49,244 bases of DNA from Verrucomicrobiota bacterium (GTDB lineage: Bacteria; Verrucomicrobiota; Verrucomicrobiia; Limisphaerales; Palsa-1400), in NCBI GenBank assembly GCA_049510745.1, contig JBEKYR010000042.1, positions 1 to 49,244 of the forward strand, given 5' to 3'. Positions 1 through 9,146 of the stretch are shown piece after piece. The notes under the pieces are model-generated. The model ran no database searches and was not told the origin of the DNA. It worked only from the letters and a program-made list of their open reading frames with translations. Every line of letters begins with the position of its first letter. Position 1 is the first letter of the stretch. The translations under genes and the position numbers were made by a program.

Positions 1-120
1 ACAAGTGAACAAATTGTTGGGCTGACAAGTGAACAAATTGTTGGGCTGACAAGTGAACAAATTGTTGGGCTGACAAGTGAACAAATTGTTGGGCTGACAA
101 GTGAACAAATTGTTGGGCTG
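1..120. repeat. Five exact tandem copies of a 24-nt unit (ACAAGTGAACAAATTGTTGGGCTG), possibly continuing beyond the window start
   Basis: Units read directly at 1, 25, 49, 73 and 97. They are followed by two copies of GCTGGCGCGTGG at 123-146. Confidence 0.97.
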
Positions 121-203
121 ACGCTGGCGCGTGGGCTGGCGCGTGGGCCGACGGTTGCGGCCGGGACGACCGTGCTCCTGAAGAAGTCGCCAAGGATTGA
201 GGC

Positions 204-623
204 TCAAAACCAGGAGTCTCCGCCAACGCGCCGGGAGGCTTTCTTCTCGGCGTGACGGGATTTGTCAGCGAGCATCCGCGCTTTGGCCCGGCGACTCCTT
301 TTGCGCTTCTGCCGCCGGATTTTCTCGGTGCGGGATCGCTCCGCCGCCACTCGCCCGGTTTGCAACTCTTCGATTTTGTCCAGCAACAGCCGCCGGGCGA
401 TGAATCGATTAAGCCCCTGTTGGCGCGTGGTCTGGCACTTGACTTGCAGGCGGGTTGGGCGGTGCAGCAGCATGACGCAGGTTGCCGATTTATTGACATT
501 CTGCCCGCCATGTCCGCCGGATCTGACAAAAGTCTCTTCGATATCGGACTCGCGCACCCCCAAGGCGGCCATGCGTTGGGCGAGTTGCTGCGCCTTTTCT
601 GGATTCACCGGAAACGCCGTCAT
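204..623 (-). CDS. Peptide chain release factor-like peptidyl-tRNA hydrolase (RF-1 domain, ArfB/C12orf65-like ribosome rescue factor)
   Basis: FVRSGGHGGQNVNK GGQ motif, a basic C-terminal tail and no codon-recognition domain. Confidence 0.85.
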   Translation of the reverse strand: MTAFPVNPEKAQQLAQRMAALGVRESDIEETFVRSGGHGGQNVNKSATCVMLLHRPTRLQVKCQTTRQQGLNRFIARRLLLDKIEELQTGRVAAERSRTEKIRRQKRKRSRRAKARMLADKSRHAEKKASRRVGGDSWF

Positions 624-762
624 CGCCGCACGTTAGTCGAGTCGGTCGGGAATCTCAAGGAGGCTGAAGTCTGCCTGGCTGTAGCGAATGGCTGACCGGG
701 GTGATTCTGATCCGCCGGCAAAAAAGCGGTGCGTTCTTTCCGCGGGCCTTTTACAATTCGGC

Positions 763-2730
763 ATGTTGTTGTCACGCGCTCGCCGGCAAATTTGCGCCCT
801 CGCCTGGGTGCTGCCGGGGTTCGCGCTTTGCGCCGGCGCCCAACCGGCGGACACGCAGTTTTGGCAGCGCCAGAATATCTATCAGATCATCACGGACCGG
901 TTTTACGACGGCGACCCGTCGAACAATAACGCGGACGGCAATTACGATCCCGCCGGGTCGGGGGGGCGGGCCGTCCACGGCGGGGATTTAAAGGGGGTGG
1001 AGCGGAAACTGGGCTACCTCAAGGCGCTGGGGGCGACGGCGATCTGGATTTCACCAGTGGTGCTCAACGCCCGGGGCGAATTCCACGGTTATGCCGGACG
1101 CGACTTCCTCCAGGTGGACCCGCACTGGGGCGCCATGGCGGATTTGCGCCACCTGGTGGAGGCGGCGCACGCCCGCGGCATTCTTGTGATTGACGATGTG
1201 GTGGTGAACCACGGCGGCAATCTTATTGACAGCGCCGATCCCGGCTACCCGGATTTCAAGTATCCGCCCTGCGGCTACCATCTGCGCTTCCGCAATCCGG
1301 CGCGGCGGTATCCGCCGCCCTTCGACCTGAACGCCGACCACCCCGACCTGACCAATCTGTTCCACAACCAGGGCGTCATCCAGGATTTCGACGACGCGAC
1401 GCAGGTCGAGTTGGGCGCGCTGGCCGGGCTGGATGATTTCCGCACGGAAAGCCCTTACGTGCGCTCGCAGATGACGCGGATTTACGAGTATTGGATCGAG
1501 CAGGCCGGGTTTGACGGATTTCGTGTTGACACGGTGCGGCACGTTGAAATGGGGTTCTGGCGGGAATGGTGCCCGGCCATCCACGCGTTCGCGGCCGCGC
1601 GCGGGAAACCGAACTTCCTTCTCTTCGGCGAAGTGCTCCACCCATCCGATGCCAAATGCGGCTCCTACAGCGGCACGATGGGCGGCGGGCCGTTCAAGCT
1701 CGATTCACTGCTGGATTACCCGCTCTATTTCAAATTGCGCGACGTGTTCGCCACCGCCACCGGCAATACCCGCCAGCTTCAGGACCACTACGCCGCGGTC
1801 GCGGCCGACTACGACGCGGCGGCGCGGATGCGATTGGTGACGTTTCTGGACAATCACGATCAGCCGCGCTTCCTTAGCCCGGGCTGGGCGAGCAACAACC
1901 TGGCGCGGCTCAAGGTCGCGTTGGTTTTTCTTTACACCGCTCCCGGCATCCCGTGCCTTTATTACGGAACCGAACAAGCGTTCAACGGCGGCAAAGACCC
2001 GTTCGACCGCGAAGACATGTTTGCGGGGCGGTTCGAGTGGGGACCCTCGCGCGGCGACAACTTCAACATGGCTCACCCGCTTTTTCAGTGGGTGGCGCGC
2101 TTGAACAATTTGCGCCGGCTCTACCCGGCCCTGCAAACCGGCGCCTACTCCAATCTCTGCAGCAACCCGGACGGCCCGGGCCTGTTTGCCTATGCGCGAC
2201 GCCTTGACGGGCAGGAACTGTTGGTTGTTTTCAACACGGCAGCCACCAGCCAAACTTTGCCGCCCTGTCCCACCATTTATCCCGCCGGCGAACGGCTGCG
2301 CAACCTGCTCGACCCGCTCGAAACCGTGACGGTCGGCCCCGGCGGGCGCAGCCCGCCCGCCGCCATCCCGGCCACTTCGGCGAAAGTTTTTCTCGCCGAG
2401 ACGCAAACGCTGCCGCTCGACCCGGTCGTGACCCGTGTCTCGCCTGCGCACGATGCCGCCAACATCGGCGTTGCCTCTTCGATTGTGATTCAGTTCAGCC
2501 AGCCGATGGACCCCGGAAGTGTCGAGGCGGCGTTTTCGGTGACCCCTCCGGTCAGCGGCGCCTTTTCCTGGTCGCCCGCGGGCGACACAGTGGAATTCAG
2601 GCCGCACGGCCCTGGCCTTTCCGCGCAAACCATGGTTACGGTGGCGATTGCGGAGACGGCGCGCGCGGCGCAAACGGGGCGCGCACTTTATGGCGGATTC
2701 GAGTCGCGCTTCAAGACCGGCAGCCCATGA
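763..2730 (+). CDS. Secreted GH13 alpha-amylase-family glycosidase with a C-terminal Ig-like (Big_5-type) domain
   Basis: IYQIITDRF, DVVVNH, GFRVDTVRH, GEV and FLDNHD conserved regions. Signal-like N-terminus from ATG 763 (ORF track starts at 688). The C-terminus contains VSPA...IVIQFSQPMD. Confidence 0.9.
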   Translation: MLLSRARRQICALAWVLPGFALCAGAQPADTQFWQRQNIYQIITDRFYDGDPSNNNADGNYDPAGSGGRAVHGGDLKGVERKLGYLKALGATAIWISPVVLNARGEFHGYAGRDFLQVDPHWGAMADLRHLVEAAHARGILVIDDVVVNHGGNLIDSADPGYPDFKYPPCGYHLRFRNPARRYPPPFDLNADHPDLTNLFHNQGVIQDFDDATQVELGALAGLDDFRTESPYVRSQMTRIYEYWIEQAGFDGFRVDTVRHVEMGFWREWCPAIHAFAAARGKPNFLLFGEVLHPSDAKCGSYSGTMGGGPFKLDSLLDYPLYFKLRDVFATATGNTRQLQDHYAAVAADYDAAARMRLVTFLDNHDQPRFLSPGWASNNLARLKVALVFLYTAPGIPCLYYGTEQAFNGGKDPFDREDMFAGRFEWGPSRGDNFNMAHPLFQWVARLNNLRRLYPALQTGAYSNLCSNPDGPGLFAYARRLDGQELLVVFNTAATSQTLPPCPTIYPAGERLRNLLDPLETVTVGPGGRSPPAAIPATSAKVFLAETQTLPLDPVVTRVSPAHDAANIGVASSIVIQFSQPMDPGSVEAAFSVTPPVSGAFSWSPAGDTVEFRPHGPGLSAQTMVTVAIAETARAAQTGRALYGGFESRFKTGSP

Positions 2731-2766
2731 GGCGGCGGGAGTCAAGAAAGATAACCGGTTCTCCGG

Positions 2767-3888
2767 TCAATCGCCCAGGCTGGTTCCCACCAGGCGCGCG
2801 CTGGTGATCCAAGGATGGTCCAGGGGGACGGTTTTGCGTTTGCCGGCCACTTTCTCCAGCGGCACCGGCTCCGTGCCGTCGCCCCGGGCCGCGACCATCA
2901 CGCCGGTGACGCCTTCGTTGATCAAGTCCGCGCAAGCGGTGCCCAAGCGCGTGGCCAGCAAGCGGTCCACCGCCGACGGCGCGCCGCCCCGTTGCACGTA
3001 ACCCAGGATGGTGACGCGCGATTCCAGTCCGGTTTCCTCCTCCAACTGCCTAGCCAGGCGCATGGTGTTGCCCGCGTGCCGCCCCTGCCACTCGGCCAGC
3101 GCCGCCTTCGCCTTCTTTCGCTCCGCTTTCGTCCCGGCCTTCTGCTTCAACGCGTCCGCCGCCCGCAGGCTGACAGCGTCGCTCCGGGTCATCGCCCCCT
3201 CCGCCACGGCGACGATGCTGAAATGTTTGCCCATGCGGCGGCGGCGGCGAATTGCCTCGGCGACCTTCTCGATGTCGTAGGGAATTTCCGGCAGCAGGAT
3301 CACGTCGGCGCCGCCGGCGATGCCGGCGCCCAAGGCCAGCCAGCCGGCGCGATGCCCCATGATCTCGACCACGACAATCCGATAATGGCTGTGGGCCGTG
3401 CTGTGCAGCCGGTCGATCGCCTCGGTCGCTATCCCCAACGCGGTATGATAGCCGAAGGTGACATCGGTCATGGCGACGTCGTTGTCGATGGTCTTGGGAA
3501 GGGTGAGGACGTTGAGGCCCTTTTCCTTGAGGTAAAGGGCGTTTTTTTGCGTGCCGCCGCCGCCCAGGCAGATCAAGGCGTCCAACTGGTGTTTTTCGTA
3601 ATTGGCCAGGATCGCTTCGGAAGCGTCAATTTCCTCGCCGCCCACCATCATGCGGCGGGGTTTGTCGCGGCTGGTGCCGAGAATGGTGCCGCCGACGGTG
3701 AGGATGCCGGAAAGGGCGCCTTGGTCCAGGGGCACGGTGCGGTTTTCCATCAGGCCGCGGAATCCGTCGCGAAACCCGATGACCTGCATGTTGAAGGCGC
3801 CCTGGGCGGCCTTGCCGACGCCGCGAATGGCAGCGTTGAGGCCGGGGCAATCGCCGCCGGAGGTGAGAATGCCGATGTTTTTGGTCAT
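2767..3888 (-). CDS. pfkA: 6-phosphofructokinase (PfkA family, group III-like)
   Basis: [40 protein letters not shown] and LGYVQRGG. The ATG at 3888 overlaps the CHAD gene stop (ATGA). Confidence 0.93.
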   Translation of the reverse strand: MTKNIGILTSGGDCPGLNAAIRGVGKAAQGAFNMQVIGFRDGFRGLMENRTVPLDQGALSGILTVGGTILGTSRDKPRRMMVGGEEIDASEAILANYEKHQLDALICLGGGGTQKNALYLKEKGLNVLTLPKTIDNDVAMTDVTFGYHTALGIATEAIDRLHSTAHSHYRIVVVEIMGHRAGWLALGAGIAGGADVILLPEIPYDIEKVAEAIRRRRRMGKHFSIVAVAEGAMTRSDAVSLRAADALKQKAGTKAERKKAKAALAEWQGRHAGNTMRLARQLEEETGLESRVTILGYVQRGGAPSAVDRLLATRLGTACADLINEGVTGVMVAARGDGTEPVPLEKVAGKRKTVPLDHPWITSARLVGTSLGD

Positions 3889-4769
3889 GACTTTGAGTCG
3901 TTCTTGCCGGCGCGGCGAAGGCAACGGTCCAGGCGCTCTCCGAAGGGGCCGGGTTTCTCGCGGTAGAGCCGGGCGGCGAGTTTGAAGGCGTGTTTTTGCA
4001 GCTTGGCGCGCCTGGCGGAAATGCGTTTCGCCAGCGGGCGGAAATCGCGGGCGGGCAGGGAGCGGTGTTCCCGCCGCAGCGCCTGCGAGACCATGAACAA
4101 ATCGTGATCGTCCCCGAGGGCGTCTGTCAATCGGTTGGCGCAACGGATCGTCCCGGAAAATTTTCCCGGACCCAGCCCTTGGATCAATTCAAAGCCGTAG
4201 CCGAGCAATTTGGCCTTTTTGCGCCACTCGTGGAGATTCTGCGCGGTCGGGTTGCGGCGCGCCGTCTTAAATGCGGTCCGGCCCTGTTTGTAGATGCGTT
4301 GCAGGCCGGCGGCGAGGTCCGCGGCGGTCGCGTGGCGCAGCGGCCAGGAGGCGATGCTTTGGCGGGAAACGCGCAGCATTTCCCGCACGGTCTTGCGCAA
4401 GGCGGGTATCCGGCGGATGAAGGAGGATTGCCGGCGCAGCAGTTGGCGCTGAAGGCGGGCGCGGGCGGGGCCGGGCGCTCCGCGCAACCTCTCCAGCATG
4501 CGCAACTGCACATGGAGGTCGCGCAAGGGCGAGATTTTCCGCCCGGCCGCGGCCAGGCGCTGGTTTTCGGCGCGGAAGAGTTTTTTTGGAAAAGCCACGC
4601 GCAGCGAGCGCAACAGCGCGCGCAGCCGTTTGAGCGCCTTGCGGGCGTTATGGACGGCCTCGCCGCGATGCCGGCGCCCTAACTGGGTCATCGCCAAATC
4701 CATCTCCTCGGCGGCGATGCGGCCAAACGCCTGGGCCAAACCTTCGCCTTTTTCAATGCGATAGCTCAT
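3885..4769 (-). CDS. CHAD domain protein (polyphosphate-binding)
   Basis: [29 protein letters not shown] and LGDDHDL. The protein is very basic and helical. Confidence 0.88.
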   Translation of the reverse strand: MSYRIEKGEGLAQAFGRIAAEEMDLAMTQLGRRHRGEAVHNARKALKRLRALLRSLRVAFPKKLFRAENQRLAAAGRKISPLRDLHVQLRMLERLRGAPGPARARLQRQLLRRQSSFIRRIPALRKTVREMLRVSRQSIASWPLRHATAADLAAGLQRIYKQGRTAFKTARRNPTAQNLHEWRKKAKLLGYGFELIQGLGPGKFSGTIRCANRLTDALGDDHDLFMVSQALRREHRSLPARDFRPLAKRISARRAKLQKHAFKLAARLYREKPGPFGERLDRCLRRAGKNDSKS

Positions 4770-4809
4770 AGGGACGCCAACTGCGTAACATAGTGCGGCA
4801 TCAAATCAA

Positions 4810-4828
4810 AGTCACATTTTTGTGACAA
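4810..4828 (-). promoter_or_regulatory. Pho-box-like / palindromic operator upstream of CHAD-pfk
   Basis: The minus strand reads TTGTCAC-AAAA-ATGTGAC, an 11-bp-period repeat resembling CTGTCAT-N4-CTGTCAC. It is also a GTCACA-N4-TGTGAC palindrome, about 40 nt before the ATG. Confidence 0.5.
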
Positions 4829-4944
4829 AGAGAGCGATTGCCGTAACCGCCCGCGCCGCCCACTCCCTAATCCCTGTGTTCCCTTCTTCCCTCATCCTTC
4901 TCACTTTGCAAAATGCCCGGCCTGTCCCTGCCAGCTTTCGGGTG

Positions 4945-4968
4945 GTAGGGGCGCGGTGCCGCGCGTCC
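4945..4968 (+). repeat. GTAG-type REP-like palindrome
   Basis: GTAGGG-GCGCGG-TG-CCGCGC-GTCC: a GTAG tetramer followed by a GC-rich hairpin. Confidence 0.45.
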
Positions 4969-5372
4969 GGGGCGCGGAGGGGTCTTCACGAGCCAGCCGT
5001 GCGCGCCGGCGGATTAGCCAAATATGGCCGCTGCTTTGCCTCAAACTCCCATCTTTGCAACCGTTGCCTGCGTGAAAGGTTGAAGAAGCATGGAACGACC
5101 ACGCTCAGCCCTTGCCTTGAAAAGAGAAACCCCGCGACGTGCGCGGGGTTCGGCTTCGCTGCGCCATTGCCGGGAAAGAGGATAAAAATAAGAAAAGCAA
5201 ATCCAAGCCGAACGACCCAGGCTGCGCCGGAGGCTTCGCCGAGGCGAGCCCTTTGACCGCAGAACCGGCGAGATGAATGGCTCGCTACTGGTTCTGTTGT
5301 TTTGCTTTGCTGCTTACGGATTCTCGAAAAACGCTCGATTTTCGCCGCGAAGCGGCCATACTCATCATCGCA

Positions 5373-5879
5373 ATGTTGCGAGCCTTCCTGGAAAAACGAA
5401 GAGTGCGCAGGATCTTTCGGAAAATGGTGAATCCTGAAAGTGTCGACGCGCTTCTCGATGGGCACTTAGAGCGTCCGCCGCCGACCGAATCGCAGATTGA
5501 GCTAGTTCTGGTTTTCGTGCGTGGCGATAAACCCGAACAGATTTCAGAACTCATCGGTCGCGTGATTGAGATCTCCATGGCTCATCAGGCATATGTCGAT
5601 GGCTTGGTGGCGTCGGTTGTAGTCGCCGGGTTCGGCACACATCCAGCATCAAAACCAACTCCCGGTGCAAGATCTGGCCTTGTGGCGGACTTGCTCGGTC
5701 AGTTGGGTCCGAACATCAAAGTTGTGCATGGCGCGGGCCAAGGCTGCTATGGTTTCTTCGGCACTGATAAGCACCTCCGCTACAGTTTTGTGTTTCCGGA
5801 ATTCGACTGCGCTCTCGGACTTCTCAGCCAGACGGAGTTTGGCACAGCTAAGGAGTTCAAGCCCGCAGATATGAAGTAA
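5373..5879 (+). CDS. Hypothetical protein resembling a degenerate class III adenylate/guanylate cyclase domain
   Basis: EKRRVRRIFRKMVNPESVDALL resembles the pre-cyclase helix. AYVDGLVASVVVAGFG resembles TVDKFIGDAVMAVFG. IKVVHGAGQGCYGFFGTDKHLRYS resembles IGIHTGxVxVGxxGxxxRxxYT. Confidence 0.55.
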   Translation: MLRAFLEKRRVRRIFRKMVNPESVDALLDGHLERPPPTESQIELVLVFVRGDKPEQISELIGRVIEISMAHQAYVDGLVASVVVAGFGTHPASKPTPGARSGLVADLLGQLGPNIKVVHGAGQGCYGFFGTDKHLRYSFVFPEFDCALGLLSQTEFGTAKEFKPADMK

Positions 5880-5887
5880 TTAAAAGG

Positions 5888-5987
5888 CCCTTGTTTGCAT
5901 CAAGAAACCTCCTGATATGAATCAAACACCTCAGAGTGGCCGGTTTGATTCGACCCCGACTGGCTGGGTTTGAAGTGACCGGTGACA
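5888..5987 (-). mobile_element. Orphan IS21-family terminal sequence (no transposase)
   Basis: The minus strand begins TGTCACCGGTCACT and carries internal repeats TCAAACCCAGCCAGT and TCAAACCGGCCACT, typical of IS21 ends. Confidence 0.65.
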
Positions 5988-6083
5988 CCTCTTGCCCTCC
6001 GGCGGTGCTGATCGGTGTCCACGTATTGAGATGCGCGCAAATGGCGCTTCCCAATTCGCCGGGTTTTGTTACGGTCTGCTCTC

Positions 6084-7175
6084 ATGCTAAAGTTGTGTCT
6101 CCTCTCGGTTCTCGCCGCGGGCGCCCTCGGCGCTCCGGCGGCGGAGATGCAGTTTGATTGGAGCCGGGAAACGCCCGGCCAATGCCCCCCCGGTTTTGCC
6201 TCCCTCGTGACCGGGCCGGGAAAGCCGGCCAATTGGACTGTCTTTGAGGAACCCGTCCCGCCCACGCTCGCGCCCCTCACGCCCCTGGCCAGCAACAGCA
6301 TCGCCAAAAGGTCCGTCCTGGCGGTGCAATCGCTGGACCTGGCCCAGGACCATTGCCCGCTGCTGCTGCTGACCAACGAGGTCTTCTACGATTTCACCTT
6401 GACTACCCGCTTCAAAATCGCCGGCGGCCTCATCGACCCGGAGGCGGGCGTGGTCTTTCGCGCGCAGGACCAAAGCAACTATTACGTCGTGCGCGCCAGC
6501 ACGGAAGGCAACCTGCTCTGGTACCGGGTCGTGGACGGCAAACGCTACGAGGCGCTCGGCATCGGCGTCAAAGTCGCCGTGCCCAAGGATGCCTGGCAGG
6601 AATTGCGCGTCGAATGCGCGGGCAGCCAGACCCGCTGTTACCTGAACGGCAGCCTGGTCATTCCCCCCGCCCAGCCCGGCGCTCCCACCAATGCCCTGGC
6701 GGTCAACGACACGACTTTCGCCAGCGGCAAGATCGGGTTCTGGACGCGGGCGGACTCGAAATGTTATTTTGTTGACACTCGCGTCCACTACACCCCGAAG
6801 GTGCCGTTTGTCCAGATGGTGGTGGCCGAGATCGACAAAAAATACCCCCGCTTGCTGGGCCTGCGGATTTACGCCGATAAAACCCCCGGCGCGCCCGTCG
6901 TCGTCGGCGCCAGGGACCCGCATGATCTGGGCGCCGCCGGCACCTCCTACGAGCAGGACGTCATCGACCGCGGCTCCACTTACTACCTGAAACTCAAGGG
7001 GGCGGTCGAAGTGACCGTGCCGTTGCGTGACCACAACGGCGACGTGGTGGCGGCGCTGAAAACCAGGATGAAATCGTTTCCGGGCGAAACCCAGGACACG
7101 GCCGTGGCCCGCGCCGTCATCGTCAAGAAAGCCATCCAGGAGCGGATCGCGACCTTGCAGGACATGCTGCAATGA
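6084..7175 (+). CDS. Secreted protein: DUF1080/3-keto-disaccharide hydrolase-like beta-sandwich plus a C-terminal Cache/PDC-like domain
   Basis: Signal peptide. DFTLTTRFKI..EAGVVFRAQDQSNYYVVRA, WQELRVEC and DTTFASGKIGFWT. The C-terminus contains VEVTVPLRDHNGDVVAAL. Confidence 0.6.
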   Translation: MLKLCLLSVLAAGALGAPAAEMQFDWSRETPGQCPPGFASLVTGPGKPANWTVFEEPVPPTLAPLTPLASNSIAKRSVLAVQSLDLAQDHCPLLLLTNEVFYDFTLTTRFKIAGGLIDPEAGVVFRAQDQSNYYVVRASTEGNLLWYRVVDGKRYEALGIGVKVAVPKDAWQELRVECAGSQTRCYLNGSLVIPPAQPGAPTNALAVNDTTFASGKIGFWTRADSKCYFVDTRVHYTPKVPFVQMVVAEIDKKYPRLLGLRIYADKTPGAPVVVGARDPHDLGAAGTSYEQDVIDRGSTYYLKLKGAVEVTVPLRDHNGDVVAALKTRMKSFPGETQDTAVARAVIVKKAIQERIATLQDMLQ

Positions 7176-7826
7176 TCAGCTTGATTTGAGTTGTTTCCGC
7201 ACCCGCTCCAGGATCAGCCCGCTGGTCTGCTCGGAGGTCATGGCGGAATTATTGATCACCATCGCCCCGAGCGGGATCATGAGGGGCGCGGTGGCCCGCT
7301 GGCTGTCCCGCTGGTCGCGCGCGGCCAGGTTTTCCTGGAGGCCCTCGGCGGCCCGCCGTTTGGCCCGCTCGTCCAGGCTGGCGTCGAGGTAAAATTTGAA
7401 GTCCGTTCCGGGGAAAACATTGGTGCCGATGTCCCGGCCCTCCATCACCAGGTTGCCAAACTTGAGGCATTCCCGCTGTTTCAACTTCATCCATTCCCGC
7501 ACCTTGGGCACGGCGGCGACGTGCGGCACCGCGGCGGTGACGGCGGCGGTGCGGATTTCCGTCTCCGGATAATAACCGTTCACCAGCAGGCGCACCTTCT
7601 GCCCGACGCAGTCGAGGGTGGTCTTCCATTTCCGGCACAACGCCCCCACGGCCCGGGCGTCGTGGACATCGACCTTGTGGCGCAGACAGTGCCAGGCGAG
7701 GGTCCGGTACATGGCGCCGGTATCGACATAGATGAAGCCCAAGGCTTGCGCCACCAGCCGCGCGTTGGTGCTCTTGCCGCTGGCGCTGGTGCCGTCGATG
7801 GCGATGACGATGTTCTGTCGTTTCAA
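7176..7826 (-). CDS. cmk: Cytidylate kinase
   Basis: IAIDGTSASGKST, YVDTGAMYR, VMEGRDIGTNVFP and RDQRDSQRATAPL. It lies downstream of aroA. Confidence 0.95.
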   Translation of the reverse strand: MKRQNIVIAIDGTSASGKSTNARLVAQALGFIYVDTGAMYRTLAWHCLRHKVDVHDARAVGALCRKWKTTLDCVGQKVRLLVNGYYPETEIRTAAVTAAVPHVAAVPKVREWMKLKQRECLKFGNLVMEGRDIGTNVFPGTDFKFYLDASLDERAKRRAAEGLQENLAARDQRDSQRATAPLMIPLGAMVINNSAMTSEQTSGLILERVRKQLKSS

Positions 7827-7834
7827 TCGGTTCC

Positions 7835-9139
7835 TTAATCGGCGAACAATTCTTCCACCCGCAACGGCTGGCCCGTGGCCGGGTCCAAAATGGCCGCGCC
7901 GAGGCCGGAGGGGGCTGGCCCGGCCAGTTTCTGGAAAAAATTCGGAAACGTCTTCTTCACACAGGTGGGATTCCTAATTTTAATCCCCGGAATTTTCAAT
8001 CCCAGGATGGCAAAGCACATGGCCATGCGGTGGTCGTTGTAAGTTTCAATCTCCGCCCCCCTCAGCGCGCCGCTTGCCGGAAAGACCGTCAAGATGTCGT
8101 CCTGCTCGATGACCGTCACGCCGCACCGGGTCAATTCGCTCCGCAGCGCCGCGACCCGCTCGCATTCCTGGAGGCGCAGCCGCCCCAAATCCGTAAACCG
8201 TGTCGGCCCGCCCGCGAACGGCGCCACCATCATCGCCGTCATGATGCTGTCTCCAAGCTGGTGGCGGCGCGAGATTTCAGCGGGCAGCGGCAGGAAGTTT
8301 TGAAACGCGGCGTCAATCTGCCAGTCCGACGTTGGAAACGCCGCGATGCGAATCTGCGGGGCCGGCGCGGTTCCCGCCGCGCCGCGGGCCGGCTGCAAGA
8401 GCCAGTTGGCCGCGCAGAAATAGCTGGCGCTGGAGGCGTCGGCCTCGACTTGAAACTCGCCGCCCTGGCGCGGAAAGGCCGCGATCAACCGCCGGGTCAT
8501 TTCCACGTAGGGCGCCTCTTCCGCATTGTCTCCCGTCAGCTCGACTTTCCAGCCACCCGCGTCGGCGCACAGCAACAAAGCCGAGCCAAATTGCGAACTC
8601 TCGGTCAGATCGACCCGGCACGCGGCCGCGCGCGGTCCGTCCGCAAAAATTTCGACGGGCAACCGGTCGTTGGGCGACGCGACACGGCAGCCCAACTGGC
8701 GTAAGGCGGCAAAGAGCGCCCCTTGGGGCCGTTGGTGCATCCGCTCGCTGCCGCGCAACCGATAGACACCGCGGCCCAGGCAAACCAGCGCCGCCAAAAA
8801 CCGCGCCGCCGTCCCCGCGTTGCCCACGAACAGTTCCAACGGTTCCTCCGCCGTGCCGCCGCGCGGCATCTTTCCGCCCAGGCCGGCGACGCCAATTGTC
8901 CGGTTGCACCATTCCTCCGCGTCCGGCGCGACTTCGATTTCAAACCCCAGTTGGCGCAGGGCCGCGACCATGACCTGGGTGTCCTCGCTCCACAGCGCCC
9001 CGCGCAAAGTGACTCTGCCTTCGGCCAGCGCGGCCAGGATCAGGGCGCGATTGGTGATGCTCTTGGAGCCGGGCACCGTGAGGCGCGCCGCCACCGGCCC
9101 GCCCAGGGGCACGATTTCTATGATTTCAGGCAGGGGCAT
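7835..9139 (-). CDS. aroA: 3-phosphoshikimate 1-carboxyvinyltransferase
   Basis: VPGSKSITNRAL, GNAGTAARF, SSQF, LRLQECER and YNDHRMAMCF. Confidence 0.95.
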   Translation of the reverse strand: MPLPEIIEIVPLGGPVAARLTVPGSKSITNRALILAALAEGRVTLRGALWSEDTQVMVAALRQLGFEIEVAPDAEEWCNRTIGVAGLGGKMPRGGTAEEPLELFVGNAGTAARFLAALVCLGRGVYRLRGSERMHQRPQGALFAALRQLGCRVASPNDRLPVEIFADGPRAAACRVDLTESSQFGSALLLCADAGGWKVELTGDNAEEAPYVEMTRRLIAAFPRQGGEFQVEADASSASYFCAANWLLQPARGAAGTAPAPQIRIAAFPTSDWQIDAAFQNFLPLPAEISRRHQLGDSIMTAMMVAPFAGGPTRFTDLGRLRLQECERVAALRSELTRCGVTVIEQDDILTVFPASGALRGAEIETYNDHRMAMCFAILGLKIPGIKIRNPTCVKKTFPNFFQKLAGPAPSGLGAAILDPATGQPLRVEELFAD

Positions 9140-9146
9140 CAGCCTC

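Noticed and set aside
1..120. CRISPR array
   Set aside because: The units are contiguous and identical with no spacers, and there are no cas genes in the window.
4822..5465. ORFs 4822-5256 (+) and 4986-5465 (-)
   Set aside because: The composition is not protein-like, and the region holds hairpins and REP-like sequence, so it looks intergenic.
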